Positions 28,903-38,345 of a stretch of DNA of 64,000 nt are shown here, piece by piece; within the stretch, counting starts at the first letter, position 1, and each line of letters starts with the position of its first letter. The stretch is from the NCBI GenBank assembly GCA_965214405.1, contig OZ243956.1, forward strand, positions 160,001 to 224,000, in the 5' to 3' direction. Under the pieces are notes generated by a model that was given only the letters and a program-made list of their open reading frames with translations, was not told the origin of the DNA and ran no database searches. The translations under genes and the position numbers were made by a program. Source of the stretch: Trueperaceae bacterium. GTDB taxonomy: Bacteria; Deinococcota; Deinococci; Deinococcales; Trueperaceae.

Positions 28903-29997
28903 GCCCTTCACGGCGCTAAGCACCCCTTCAGGCCCGTTTCCCTGCGGCTCCACGACTTCCGTTTCCGTTAGCAGCGTCTGCCGGATGAGGCGCGCGTGCT
29001 CTTGCGCGGTGCGGGAGCGCTCCAAAAAGCGTAGGGCCGAGCTTTCGTGACCGCGCTCGAGGGCGCGTCCGTAGAGCCGGGCCGAGAGAGCCGCCGTTTC
29101 CTCGAGGGCGGTCAGCGCGGTCCAGAGTGCGGTTTCAAGCGCGCCCGTTTGTTCCGCCAGGAGGCTCTGCGCCGTAAAAGCGTGACCCACACGGCAGCGA
29201 AAGCGCGGCAGCTCGCGGTCAACTTCCCAGAGCACGCCGCCGCACTCCGGGCAGGAGAACGAGGAGGGCACGCCGGGTTTGTCTTGGCGCTCGAGGGCGT
29301 CCACGTCGAACTCCGCGATGTCGGCTTCATAGGCGAGTTCTTCGCCCGTGTCCTCGCCCGTCGTCTGTCCTGAGTTTTGATTTGAACCCTGTCCGTTTTG
29401 TCCTGAGTTTTGGGGCACCGCCTCCTCTACTTCCTCCCCCACCAACGAAACCAACAGCGCGGCCAGTTCGGTCACGGGCGCGACAAAATCCACGGGGGCG
29501 TGCTCAATAGCGCTCCGCGGCATAGAATTATAAACTGCCTCCGCCGGGTCCTGAACCACCGCCAAACCGCCCTGCGCCTTGATCACTCGTAAGCCCGCCG
29601 TGCCGTCGTCCAACATCCCTGACAGCACCACGCCGATGACGCGCGGCCCGTAGGCACTGGCCGCCGTGCGAAAAAGCGGGTCGATGGCGGGCCGGTGCCC
29701 GTTCTCCCGCGGCCCCCGCACCACGCGCACCCGGCCCCGCTTGACCAGCAGGTGCTTGTCGGGCGGCGCGACGTAAAGCCGCCCCTCCCGGATCTCCTCG
29801 CCATCCTCGGGATGAAACGCGGGCAACGCCCCCGCGCGGCTCAAAATCTCGGGCATCATGCTCCTGCCGTGCGCGCTCACGTGCAACGCCACAAACACCG
29901 CCGCCGGAAACCCCACGGGCAGCCCCGCCACCAGCCTTGACAGCACCTCGACCCCGCCCGCCGACGCGCCTAGCACGATGATATTGCGTTTTGCCAT
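28894..29997 (-). CDS. CheB-type methylesterase with C-terminal Zn-ribbon/helical extension
   Basis: GASAGG, LHVS, RPAIDPLF, LSGMLDDG; C-terminal CPECGG...CRVGH. Confidence 0.9.
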   Translation of the reverse strand: MAKRNIIVLGASAGGVEVLSRLVAGLPVGFPAAVFVALHVSAHGRSMMPEILSRAGALPAFHPEDGEEIREGRLYVAPPDKHLLVKRGRVRVVRGPRENGHRPAIDPLFRTAASAYGPRVIGVVLSGMLDDGTAGLRVIKAQGGLAVVQDPAEAVYNSMPRSAIEHAPVDFVAPVTELAALLVSLVGEEVEEAVPQNSGQNGQGSNQNSGQTTGEDTGEELAYEADIAEFDVDALERQDKPGVPSSFSCPECGGVLWEVDRELPRFRCRVGHAFTAQSLLAEQTGALETALWTALTALEETAALSARLYGRALERGHESSALRFLERSRTAQEHARLIRQTLLTETEVVEPQGNGPEGVLSAVKGSD

Positions 29998-30103
29998 TCG
30001 TTTCCCCTACCCGTTTCTTGACGCTTTGTAACAGTGTACGCTTTTAAGCCGTGACGAGTGAGCGGTAAGCGATTAGATTTTTCTAACCCCTATCCGCTCA
30101 TCA

Positions 30104-30514
30104 CTACCCGCTGCTCTCAAACAGTACCACCGCCTCGCCCTCCAACACCCGCTCGCCCCGCCCGTTGGTGCAAACCGTTTCCAAAGTATAAATGCGCCCC
30201 TTCGCTTTTGTGACGGTGACCGTCGCGGTGACCGTGTCACCGATAAAAACGGGCGCAACGAACTTGAGCGTTTGTGACAAGTAGATGGCCCCCGGCCCCG
30301 GCAGCCGCGTCCCAATCACCGCCGACACGAGGCCCGCCGCGAACACGCCGTGCGCGACGCGCCGCCCGAAGCGCGTTCCTTTGGCGTAAGCTTCGTCCAA
30401 ATGAAGCGGGTTCACATCTCCGGTAAGGTGCGCGAACGTCACCACGTCCTCCTCGGTAATGGTGCGGCTTAGGGAGGCGGAGGCGGGGGGCTCGAGCTTT
30501 TCAGGGGTTGACAT
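30104..30514 (-). CDS. MaoC-family hot-dog dehydratase
   Basis: FAHLTGDVNPLH, RVAHG, PGPGAIY, PVFIGD. Confidence 0.92.
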   Translation of the reverse strand: MSTPEKLEPPASASLSRTITEEDVVTFAHLTGDVNPLHLDEAYAKGTRFGRRVAHGVFAAGLVSAVIGTRLPGPGAIYLSQTLKFVAPVFIGDTVTATVTVTKAKGRIYTLETVCTNGRGERVLEGEAVVLFESSG

Positions 30515-30538
30515 GCGGTCTCACTCTCGAGGGGTTCA

Positions 30539-30562
30539 AACAAGGGGTTGCAACCCCTTGTT
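30539..30562. repeat. 24-bp perfect palindrome, copy 3
   Basis: AACAAGGGGTTGCAACCCCTTGTT. Confidence 0.9.
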
Positions 30563-30641
30563 ACCCGTGGCACATGGGGAAGCAAACATCTACACGGTCA
30601 CTCAATAAGTATAAGTAGGGCAGGGAGAATCAAATTGTTAC

Positions 30642-31793
30642 CTAAAGCGCCTGCAACTCCTTGACCGCGGGCAGCGCGGTCGCCCCCTCAAACGCGTTCA
30701 CTTCCTCGATAAACCGCTTGAAAAGGTAGCTCGCGTCGTGCGGGCCGGGGCTCGCCTCGGGGTGGTACTGGACGCTAAAGACAGGGTAGCGCACGTGCGC
30801 CATGCCCTCCAAAGTACCGTCATTCAAGTTGATATGCGTCGCCCGGAACTGTCCGCCGGGGATGGAGTCGATATCCACCACGTAATTATGATTTTGGCTG
30901 GTGATTTCGACCTCGCCCGTGACGAGGTTTTTGACGGGCGTGTTGGCCCCGTGGTGACCGTGCTTGAGCTTGTGCGTGGTGCCGCCCACGGCTAAGCCCA
31001 AAAGCTGATGGCCCAGACAGATGCCGTAGGTGGGCAGCAGGCCCAGGAGTTGCCACACCGTGTCGTGCGCGTATTTGGGACCGTCGGGGTCGCCGGGGCC
31101 GTTGGAGATGACCAGGCCGTAGGGGTTCAGGGCCATAATCTGCGCCGGGGTCGTTTGCGCGGGCACGACGATGACTTCTGCACCCGCCTGCTCGAGCTTA
31201 TACACAATCGAGTGCTTGATACCGAAGTCGATGACGGCCACCCTGGGGTTGTCCTTGAAGGTCGGGCGGGCGTAGGGCAGGGGCGTCGTCACCTCGGGCG
31301 TCATGTCGCGCCCGTCGATGTCGGCGTGGGTTTTGGCCTCTTGGATGAGGTCGGCCTCGAGCGCGTCATCGGTCTTCCCGTGATAAATCACGCCCTTGAC
31401 CACGCCCCCGACGCGCAGCCGCCGCGTAAGCGCGCGCGTGTCGATGCCCTCGATGCCGACAATCTTGTGCCCCTCCATAAAGCTCTGCAAATCCTGGTTC
31501 GAGCGGTGATTCGAGGCCACGCGTGAAAACTCGCGGACGATAAAGCCTCGCGCAAAAGGCTTGTTCGACTCCATGTCATAGACCGATACGCCGTAGTTGC
31601 CGATGTGCGGATAGGTCATCAGCACGATTTGCCCGTGATAGGAGGGGTCAGTCAGGATTTCTTGATAGCCCGTCATCGAGGTGTTAAAGACCACCTCGCC
31701 AACCGTCTTGCCGTGATAGCCAAAGGCGTAGCCGTAGTAGACGGTGCCGTCTTCTAAAGCCAACACCGCGGGAGGTTTGTTCAGGAGCGCCAT
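30642..31793 (-). CDS. carA: Carbamoyl-phosphate synthase small subunit
   Basis: [42 protein letters not shown]. Confidence 0.97.
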   Translation of the reverse strand: MALLNKPPAVLALEDGTVYYGYAFGYHGKTVGEVVFNTSMTGYQEILTDPSYHGQIVLMTYPHIGNYGVSVYDMESNKPFARGFIVREFSRVASNHRSNQDLQSFMEGHKIVGIEGIDTRALTRRLRVGGVVKGVIYHGKTDDALEADLIQEAKTHADIDGRDMTPEVTTPLPYARPTFKDNPRVAVIDFGIKHSIVYKLEQAGAEVIVVPAQTTPAQIMALNPYGLVISNGPGDPDGPKYAHDTVWQLLGLLPTYGICLGHQLLGLAVGGTTHKLKHGHHGANTPVKNLVTGEVEITSQNHNYVVDIDSIPGGQFRATHINLNDGTLEGMAHVRYPVFSVQYHPEASPGPHDASYLFKRFIEEVNAFEGATALPAVKELQAL

Positions 31794-31951
31794 AGCCACC
31801 TCACTCTCATTAAAAAGAGTGTAGCACTCGAGCCGCGCGCATTCGGGGGGTGAGGGACATTTCGAACAGCCTCAAAAAGAAGGTTGAAAGGTCCTGCTCG
31901 AGCCTTTTGGTCCTTGTGTTTCTTCGGTAAAGCCCCCTTAGCAGCCCGCGT

Positions 31952-32944
31952 TCAAGTCGCAAAAAAGACCTCGGGCGGCGAACTGCTCACGAGGTTTGCC
32001 AGCACAGCCTCGTCGGTCGCAACCCCGACCGCCTGGAGCGCGATGATGAGCGCGCCGAAAACGGGCTCGAGCCCACTTCTCAAGACGCGCAAGTCGGGCG
32101 TGTCCTCTTGAACTCGAGCCACGAGAGCGTCTGTTAAACGTGCCGAGGGATGCCTGAACACGCCGCCTGTGAGCACCAAACTAAAGGGCTGCGCCTCAAT
32201 CCCGACCTGCCGCGCGGCGGCGAGCGCGGTGTCGCCGAGCGCCCTAGCGTGCGCCGTGACAATCTGCCGGGCCACCGTATCACCTTTGTCGGCTTCGCTT
32301 AGCAGGGTGCGGGTGAGGCCGGACCAGCGCGAGGGGTGGGGTTTGGCTCGAGCGGTGTAGAGGTGGAGCGCCGCCTCGACGTCGGGCACCCCCAGGACCG
32401 CCAACACCGACTCGGTCAGCGCGGTGGGTGGGCCGATGCCGAGCTGCGCCCGGAACACAGCGCGCAGCGTTTTGACGCTCAGCTCAAAACCGCCCTGGGT
32501 CTCTTGCCAAAAGGAGCTGTGCCACAGCTCACCCTTCACGCCGCGCGCCCCCGTCGCCGCGCCCGTGCCGCACGCGACGACCACGCCGGGGCCGGTAGGC
32601 AGCCCCGCGTAGAGCGCGCCGACCGCGTCGTTAACGACGCGCAGCGGGGTGAGGCCGTCCGCGTGCAGGGTCGCGCGGATGAGGTCGAAGTCCTCGGGCC
32701 AATCTGCACCCGACATGCTGAACACGCTGTGGGCCGGGGGGCCGCGCAGACCGGCCTCGCCAAGCGCGGCCCCCACCGCGGTCCGGACTGCGTCAAACGC
32801 CGCCGCTTCACCGTCATAAATATCGCCCGGCCCCCCGCGTCCTGCGCCGACGACGCAACCATCTAGGCTCGCCACCAGGGCGACGGTTTTGCTGCTGCCG
32901 CCGTCTACGCCCAGGACATAGCGTTTAACATCGCGTTCAGCCAC
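31952..32944 (-). CDS. BadF/BadG/BcrA/BcrD-type sugar kinase (GlcN/GlcNAc kinase-like)
   Basis: GVDGGSSKT, VNDA, ACGTG, LTGGVF. Confidence 0.85.
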   Translation of the reverse strand: MAERDVKRYVLGVDGGSSKTVALVASLDGCVVGAGRGGPGDIYDGEAAAFDAVRTAVGAALGEAGLRGPPAHSVFSMSGADWPEDFDLIRATLHADGLTPLRVVNDAVGALYAGLPTGPGVVVACGTGAATGARGVKGELWHSSFWQETQGGFELSVKTLRAVFRAQLGIGPPTALTESVLAVLGVPDVEAALHLYTARAKPHPSRWSGLTRTLLSEADKGDTVARQIVTAHARALGDTALAAARQVGIEAQPFSLVLTGGVFRHPSARLTDALVARVQEDTPDLRVLRSGLEPVFGALIIALQAVGVATDEAVLANLVSSSPPEVFFAT

Positions 32945-33743
32945 GCCCGCTCCAGGCGGCGCGGTCCACGAGCACCGTGACGTCTTTCGCCGTTTGCAAG
33001 TATGAGGCGGGAACGTCCGGGGTGACGGGGCCGTAAAGGGTCTGGTGGAGGATGTCGTGCTTGTGCGCCCCTGAAACGAGCAGCAGGATTTTCTTTGTAG
33101 CGAGCAGGAGGTCCATACCCGCGGTCATGGCCCCTCTCGGCACGCGTTCGCGCCCGCCCCAGTAGCGGGCGTTGCTCTCTACGCTCGCCTCTGTAAGGGT
33201 GACGACGCGCGTCTTGTCGGTCGGCCTCGAGGGCGGCTCGTTGAAGCCTAAGTGCCCGTTGGGACCCAGACCCAACACGGCTAGGTCGAAGCCGCCCGCG
33301 CTCACCACCGCCGCCTCATAGGCGCGGCACGCGCCCGCCGGGTCGGGGCTGTCGCCGGGCAGCCTCACCACGCGCTGGTCTTCGATACCCAGCGGGTCCA
33401 AAAAGGACCTTTTCGTCCAGCCGTAGAGCGAGCGTGGGTCGTCGGGGGCGAGCCCCAGATAGGCGTCGAGCTGAAACACGGTGAGCTGACCCGCGTCGAA
33501 CGCACCCTCGGCCCGTTTTTCAGCGAGCGCTTGGTAGAGCCCCATCGGGGTGCGGCCCGTTGCCACGACCACGTTACTAAGTTGACCGGGCCTAGCGGCG
33601 TCCGGCTTGCCGCGCAAAACGTCCACCACGAACTCCGCCCCCGCGCGGCTCAGCGCGTCGTAATCTTCTTCGATGACGAGATTCAGGGCTGACGCGGCCT
33701 CTTTGGGCATGTTTTTGGAGATATCTTCAGGCATAGGCTTCAT
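32937..33743 (-). CDS. nagB: Glucosamine-6-phosphate deaminase
   Basis: ATGRTP, FQLDAYLGL, LGLGPNGHLGFNEP. Confidence 0.88.
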   Translation of the reverse strand: MKPMPEDISKNMPKEAASALNLVIEEDYDALSRAGAEFVVDVLRGKPDAARPGQLSNVVVATGRTPMGLYQALAEKRAEGAFDAGQLTVFQLDAYLGLAPDDPRSLYGWTKRSFLDPLGIEDQRVVRLPGDSPDPAGACRAYEAAVVSAGGFDLAVLGLGPNGHLGFNEPPSRPTDKTRVVTLTEASVESNARYWGGRERVPRGAMTAGMDLLLATKKILLLVSGAHKHDILHQTLYGPVTPDVPASYLQTAKDVTVLVDRAAWSGRG

Positions 33744-34714
33744 GGGCTCACCCGTCCCTCTGAACTTCTGGAGGACGCCTCGTCAACGTTTGAACACCGA
33801 CTCTCGAGAAACGCCGTCATCACCCCTTCAATGGCCGTGATGGCCTTGTAGTCTTTGACCCCCTGCGGCGAACTGCGCACCACGTTGAGGATGCGGCGCG
33901 CTCGCTCCGGGTCTTTTGCCTCCTCCGCCAGCGAGCTGTTGTAAGTGTGAATCCCAAAAAGAACGTCGCCGGAGCGGGGCAAGCGGGTAAAGGTCTGCCG
34001 CTCGATGCGGATGAAAACCTCGCGGCCCGCCGCCTCGAGCGTGAGCGCGGGCGCGCGTCTGGCGAAGTGGGCCTTGTACGCCGCCTTGTGTTTGGTGGTC
34101 AAGTCGAGTTGGTCGGTCAGCTTAAAGTTCCAACTCAGACGCCACAGCGTCCGGCCCGCCTTGATGCTCTGGAGCAGGCGGTGGCCCGCGCCCACCGACG
34201 GCATGGTGGCCTGCGGCGTGCGGGTATGAATGGTCATGAACGATTTGTCGATGCGGTCGGGGATGGCCCAGCCGTTCGCAAAGCAGAGCTGACCCCCATA
34301 AAACTCAGCGTCACCCTCGCCCCTTACGAGGACGAGGTCTTCTTGAACCTGCCGCCCTGCAAAGTCTAGGGGCTCGAGCCCCAGGGTCCGCGCGTCGCCA
34401 AAGGTAAACACTGTTTCTTCACCTAAAAGATGGTTGGTAAAACGCCACTCACGTCCCTCTTGCGCAAGGCTGAATTTTTCAGGATACTTCGCCGCCACAT
34501 CCGTCAGCACCAGTTCCAGCACGTCCCACTGCGCCGCCAGCGTCTCTTCGCCGCCCGCGAAGTAGTAGGCGGGGTCGGCCTCGAGCAGGCTCTTCTTCAA
34601 ACCCACCTCGGTTAGGTAGTGTTCATCCACGTCGCAGAGCGCCTCGTCCGCGCCCAGCGCGCGCCCGCCCATCCGCGCGTCGAATGTCTCGCCAAAGGGA
34701 AAGAATCGCAGCAT
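33740..34714 (-). CDS. DUF3445 / heme-dependent oxidative N-demethylase alpha-subunit-like protein
   Basis: VQEDLVL, LCFANGW, IH..TP, WRLSW, FIRIERQTFTRLPRSGDVLFGIHTY match my recollection of the family pattern. Confidence 0.75.
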   Translation of the reverse strand: MLRFFPFGETFDARMGGRALGADEALCDVDEHYLTEVGLKKSLLEADPAYYFAGGEETLAAQWDVLELVLTDVAAKYPEKFSLAQEGREWRFTNHLLGEETVFTFGDARTLGLEPLDFAGRQVQEDLVLVRGEGDAEFYGGQLCFANGWAIPDRIDKSFMTIHTRTPQATMPSVGAGHRLLQSIKAGRTLWRLSWNFKLTDQLDLTTKHKAAYKAHFARRAPALTLEAAGREVFIRIERQTFTRLPRSGDVLFGIHTYNSSLAEEAKDPERARRILNVVRSSPQGVKDYKAITAIEGVMTAFLESRCSNVDEASSRSSEGRVSP

Positions 34715-34723
34715 CAGCGCCCC

Positions 34724-36019
34724 CTAGCTGAGGAGTCTTTCGGGGAGATGGTCTTTGAGCGCCGCGGACATTTCATCATATAAAGCTTCGGCCTTGCTCA
34801 GCGACAGCACCAGCGGGTTGGCCGCGAGCGCGCGCACCGCGTCCTTGCGCGTCCCGCTCCAGGCGGCGCTCGCGCTCAGCGCCTGGTACTCGCCCAACAT
34901 TTTGGTGAGCCCCGCGACGTGCTTGGGCAGGTGGCCGTACGCAATAGGCGTAACGCCGTTGCGGTCAACCAAACCCGGCACCTCGACCACCAAATCGTCC
35001 GGAAAGTCCGCAATGGCTCCGTTGTTGGGCACATTGACCGGCCAGACCTCCTCGCGGTCGTTGTAACACGCGTCCATCACGTCGATGGCAAGCTCGAGTT
35101 CATGAATGCCGCCCCGCGACAAGTTCGGGTCGAGCTTGGGGTTGTCCATTTCCGCCTGCTCGCGGTAGTGCCGCCAGTAGTCGGGAACCGACGCCATGAT
35201 GTCCTGGGCGCGGGTGGTGGGTTTGCCGCGAAGGTCTTCCATAATCTCGTCGCGGTAGTAGTAGTAAAGGAAATACTGCGCGGGCACGCTCTCCATTGTG
35301 GCGGTCAGCTCGAGCAAGTGTTTACCTCGAGGGTCCATATCCGTATCTTGTTTGCGCTCGTACGCCGCCTTGACCAGCTCGATAAAATCCTCCCCGTCGT
35401 ACGTGTGCCGCACCGACCAAGAGGCGTGGTTGAGGCCAATCATGACCGTATCGACCTTGTCGGGGTCTAAGTCTGCAAACAGCGCAGTCTCACGGGGGAA
35501 GGTGATGGGGCCTTCGCACAAAGACACCGTGGGGATGTGCGTGTTGTGCGTGACCGCCTCGGCGATAATGTTGACGGGGTTGGTGTAGTTGAAAAGCCGC
35601 GCGTCGGGACAGACCTCTTCCATGTCTTGAATGATGCTTTTCATGATGTGAACGGAGCGCAACGCCATAAAGAAGCCCCCCGGCCCCTGCGTCTCCTGCC
35701 CAATGACGCCGTGCTTTAGGGGAATGCTCTCGTCTAAATAACGCGCCTCGAAGCCGCCGGGGCGGTAGCTCGAGAGTACCGCCTGGGCGTCCCGCAGCCC
35801 GTCGCGCCGGTTGGTGGTGGTCGAGACGGTAAGCTCGAGCCCCCTCGCACCAATCATCTTGTCGGCCAACTTTTTGACCAGCTCGAGGCGCTCCTCATCA
35901 AGGTCAATCAGCACGATTTCGGAACCCACAAAGTTCTCGCCCTGCTCGATAAACGACGCCAGCGTGCCGGGGCCGCGCGTGCTGCCGCCGCCGATGTACG
36001 CAATTTTTATTCCTGCCAC
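34724..36019 (-). CDS. Family 4 glycoside hydrolase (NAD+-dependent)
   Basis: IGGGST, GQETQGPGG, NYTNP, SLCE, GLNH, VEVP. Confidence 0.92.
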   Translation of the reverse strand: MAGIKIAYIGGGSTRGPGTLASFIEQGENFVGSEIVLIDLDEERLELVKKLADKMIGARGLELTVSTTTNRRDGLRDAQAVLSSYRPGGFEARYLDESIPLKHGVIGQETQGPGGFFMALRSVHIMKSIIQDMEEVCPDARLFNYTNPVNIIAEAVTHNTHIPTVSLCEGPITFPRETALFADLDPDKVDTVMIGLNHASWSVRHTYDGEDFIELVKAAYERKQDTDMDPRGKHLLELTATMESVPAQYFLYYYYRDEIMEDLRGKPTTRAQDIMASVPDYWRHYREQAEMDNPKLDPNLSRGGIHELELAIDVMDACYNDREEVWPVNVPNNGAIADFPDDLVVEVPGLVDRNGVTPIAYGHLPKHVAGLTKMLGEYQALSASAAWSGTRKDAVRALAANPLVLSLSKAEALYDEMSAALKDHLPERLLS

Positions 36020-36093
36020 ACTGTCTCTACTTTCACTGTCTCCACTTTCATAACCACCTCTACCACCGTTTCCCTTAGCCTCACCATACCCCC

Positions 36094-37254
36094 CTAAAAA
36101 CTCGTCCGGAGTGTTTGCGTTTCGCCCGTTTCCGCCGAGCGGTAGGCGGCCTCGATAATCTCGATCACGTGCCGCGCGTGCTCCGCCGTGACGGGTGAGG
36201 GCTTGTCGTCGCGCACCCAGTCCACAAGCTGCATGAGGTCTTCGAACACGTGCTGCTCCTCAATCTCACGGTGCGGCCCGACCACGTGCGGCAACAGCAT
36301 CTGCTGCCCGGTCATGCCGGGCGTCTGTGCGGCGAGTTCCCGACCGGGGTAGTCGATGGGCTGTTTATCGGTAAAACCCTTGACCAGCGTGAGCCCCTGG
36401 ATAAAACCCTCCGTGCCGAAGTAAGCCCCAATCCAGGGCATCCCGTCGCCGACCACGTTGTAAGAGCCGTGCCCCGCCACGCCAAAGGCGAGCCCAAAAA
36501 GCCCGTCGCCGTAGTCGAGCAGCATCAGCGTGTTGTCGTCGGCCTCGGTGGGAATCATCTTGCCCCGAAACTCACGCTCCTTGACGCGCGTGCCCGACAG
36601 GGCGGTCACGCGTTTGGCGGGTCCCATCACCGACGTACTCGCGTGGAGCGCGTACACCGTCGTGTCGTAAAGCGGGCCGCCGCCGGATTTACGAAAATAC
36701 CACGAGGGGTCGATGTTGCTCAAAACATCGTCGCCCTGCCTGGATTCCTCCGCCTCGTGATACGTGAGGGGCGCGGAGCCGTTCATAAACCAGGTAACCA
36801 AGCCGATGCTGCCGTCTTCGATGTGGCGCTTGACCGCCTGGAGTTGAGGCCGCAGCACCTCGCCGGGGGAGGCGACTATCTTGAGACCTTTTTCTTTGGC
36901 TAGCTCGATGAGTTCGGTGGCTTCGGCCTCGGTGGTGGTCATCGTTTTGTTGAAGTGGACGTGCTTGCCCGCCTCCAAAGCCTTTTTCCCCTGTTCAAAA
37001 TGCAAGCCGATGGGCGAAGCGATGGTCACGGCGTCCAGGTCAGCTTCTTTGAGCATCTCCTCATAGCTCATGAAATGCTGCGGCACGCCGTACTTTTTGG
37101 CGGCGGCCTCGGCGCGCTCCGGGAAAGGGTCGCAGACGGCTTGCAGCGTGACCCGGTCTTGCACATCGTCTTGGCTTAGGTGCGGCAGGATGCCGCGTAG
37201 GGCAATCGTACCTGCGCCAACGACACCCATCTTGACTATATTTGACATGCACAC
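36094..37254 (-). CDS. Gfo/Idh/MocA oxidoreductase
   Basis: GVVGAG, IASP..LH, GKHVHFNK, GGGPLYD. Confidence 0.88.
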   Translation of the reverse strand: MCMSNIVKMGVVGAGTIALRGILPHLSQDDVQDRVTLQAVCDPFPERAEAAAKKYGVPQHFMSYEEMLKEADLDAVTIASPIGLHFEQGKKALEAGKHVHFNKTMTTTEAEATELIELAKEKGLKIVASPGEVLRPQLQAVKRHIEDGSIGLVTWFMNGSAPLTYHEAEESRQGDDVLSNIDPSWYFRKSGGGPLYDTTVYALHASTSVMGPAKRVTALSGTRVKEREFRGKMIPTEADDNTLMLLDYGDGLFGLAFGVAGHGSYNVVGDGMPWIGAYFGTEGFIQGLTLVKGFTDKQPIDYPGRELAAQTPGMTGQQMLLPHVVGPHREIEEQHVFEDLMQLVDWVRDDKPSPVTAEHARHVIEIIEAAYRSAETGETQTLRTSF

Positions 37255-37385
37255 TCCTTTTTGCGTTTGAGAAACCTGATGTTTAAGGGTTAAACTATTT
37301 GTACGAGTTTTGTTCGAGCATTTGGGTTGGAGACGGGCTCGAGCCCCTCCCCCTATCGTCCCAGCATCTTCTCACATCCCCGTGC

Positions 37386-38336
37386 TCACTTGAGCGCCCC
37401 CAGCGTGAGACCGTCGATGAGTTGTCGGCGGAAAATCAAAAAGATAACGATGATGGGCAGCGTCGCCACCACCGAGCCCGCCATCGTCAGGGGGTTGGGC
37501 CGCGCCGCCGCGCCCTCGACCACCGACAAAAAGACGGGCATGGTGTAGCGCGCCTCGCTCCGCAGCACGACCAGGGGCCATAAAAAGTCGCTCCAGGAGG
37601 TGATGAACAAGATGATCGCCAGCACGCCCAGCGCGGGTCTGCTTAGAGGTAGAGCAATACGCCAAAAGAGACCCAGACCGCTGCACCCGTCGATGCGGCC
37701 CTGGTCCAAAAGCTCGCTCGGCAGGCTCTGCATATATTGGCGCATCCAGAACACGCCAAAGGCGTTGGCGGCAAGCGGGATCACGAGCGCCTGGTAGGTG
37801 TCAATCCAGCCGATGTCGCGCATGATGTAAAAAAGAGGAATGAGCGTGACCGCGGGCGGAATCATCATCGTAAAAAGCACCGTCAAGAACAGAACCTGGC
37901 GGCCCGGAAACCGGTATTTGGCAAAGACAAAGCCCGCCATCGAGCATAAAAGAAGGGCCAAAACGGTGTAGGCGAGCCCGACGCCGAGGCTGTTAAAGAA
38001 GGTCCGCAAAAAAGGCGTGTTGAAGTTGAGCACCACGAAACCCGAAATGGGGATGTCGCGGCCCGTCGAGAAGAGGTCGCGGTAGTTTTGCAGCGTCAAA
38101 TTGGTGGGCCAGTACGTCTCAAACATGTCCCCTATGCGCCGGAGCGAGGCCAGCGACATGGCGTAGAGCGGAAACAGCGAGGCGAGCGCCGCCACCGCGA
38201 GCGCCGCGTAGCCCGTCACCACAAGGAGAATGGGCCTCGAGGGTTTGGCTTTTGGAGGATTCGTCATACCGTTCCTTTGATGTCCCGTCCTTGAAAGACG
38301 CTGTTCTCGAGGTGACCCGGTTCTATACGTTTTCAT
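37386..38336 (-). CDS. Carbohydrate ABC permease (MalG-like)
   Basis: KYRFPGR, LLDQGRIDG (EAA-like loop), WSDFLWPL. Confidence 0.92.
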   Translation of the reverse strand: MKTYRTGSPREQRLSRTGHQRNGMTNPPKAKPSRPILLVVTGYAALAVAALASLFPLYAMSLASLRRIGDMFETYWPTNLTLQNYRDLFSTGRDIPISGFVVLNFNTPFLRTFFNSLGVGLAYTVLALLLCSMAGFVFAKYRFPGRQVLFLTVLFTMMIPPAVTLIPLFYIMRDIGWIDTYQALVIPLAANAFGVFWMRQYMQSLPSELLDQGRIDGCSGLGLFWRIALPLSRPALGVLAIILFITSWSDFLWPLVVLRSEARYTMPVFLSVVEGAAARPNPLTMAGSVVATLPIIVIFLIFRRQLIDGLTLGALK

Positions 38337-38345
38337 ATATCCCGC

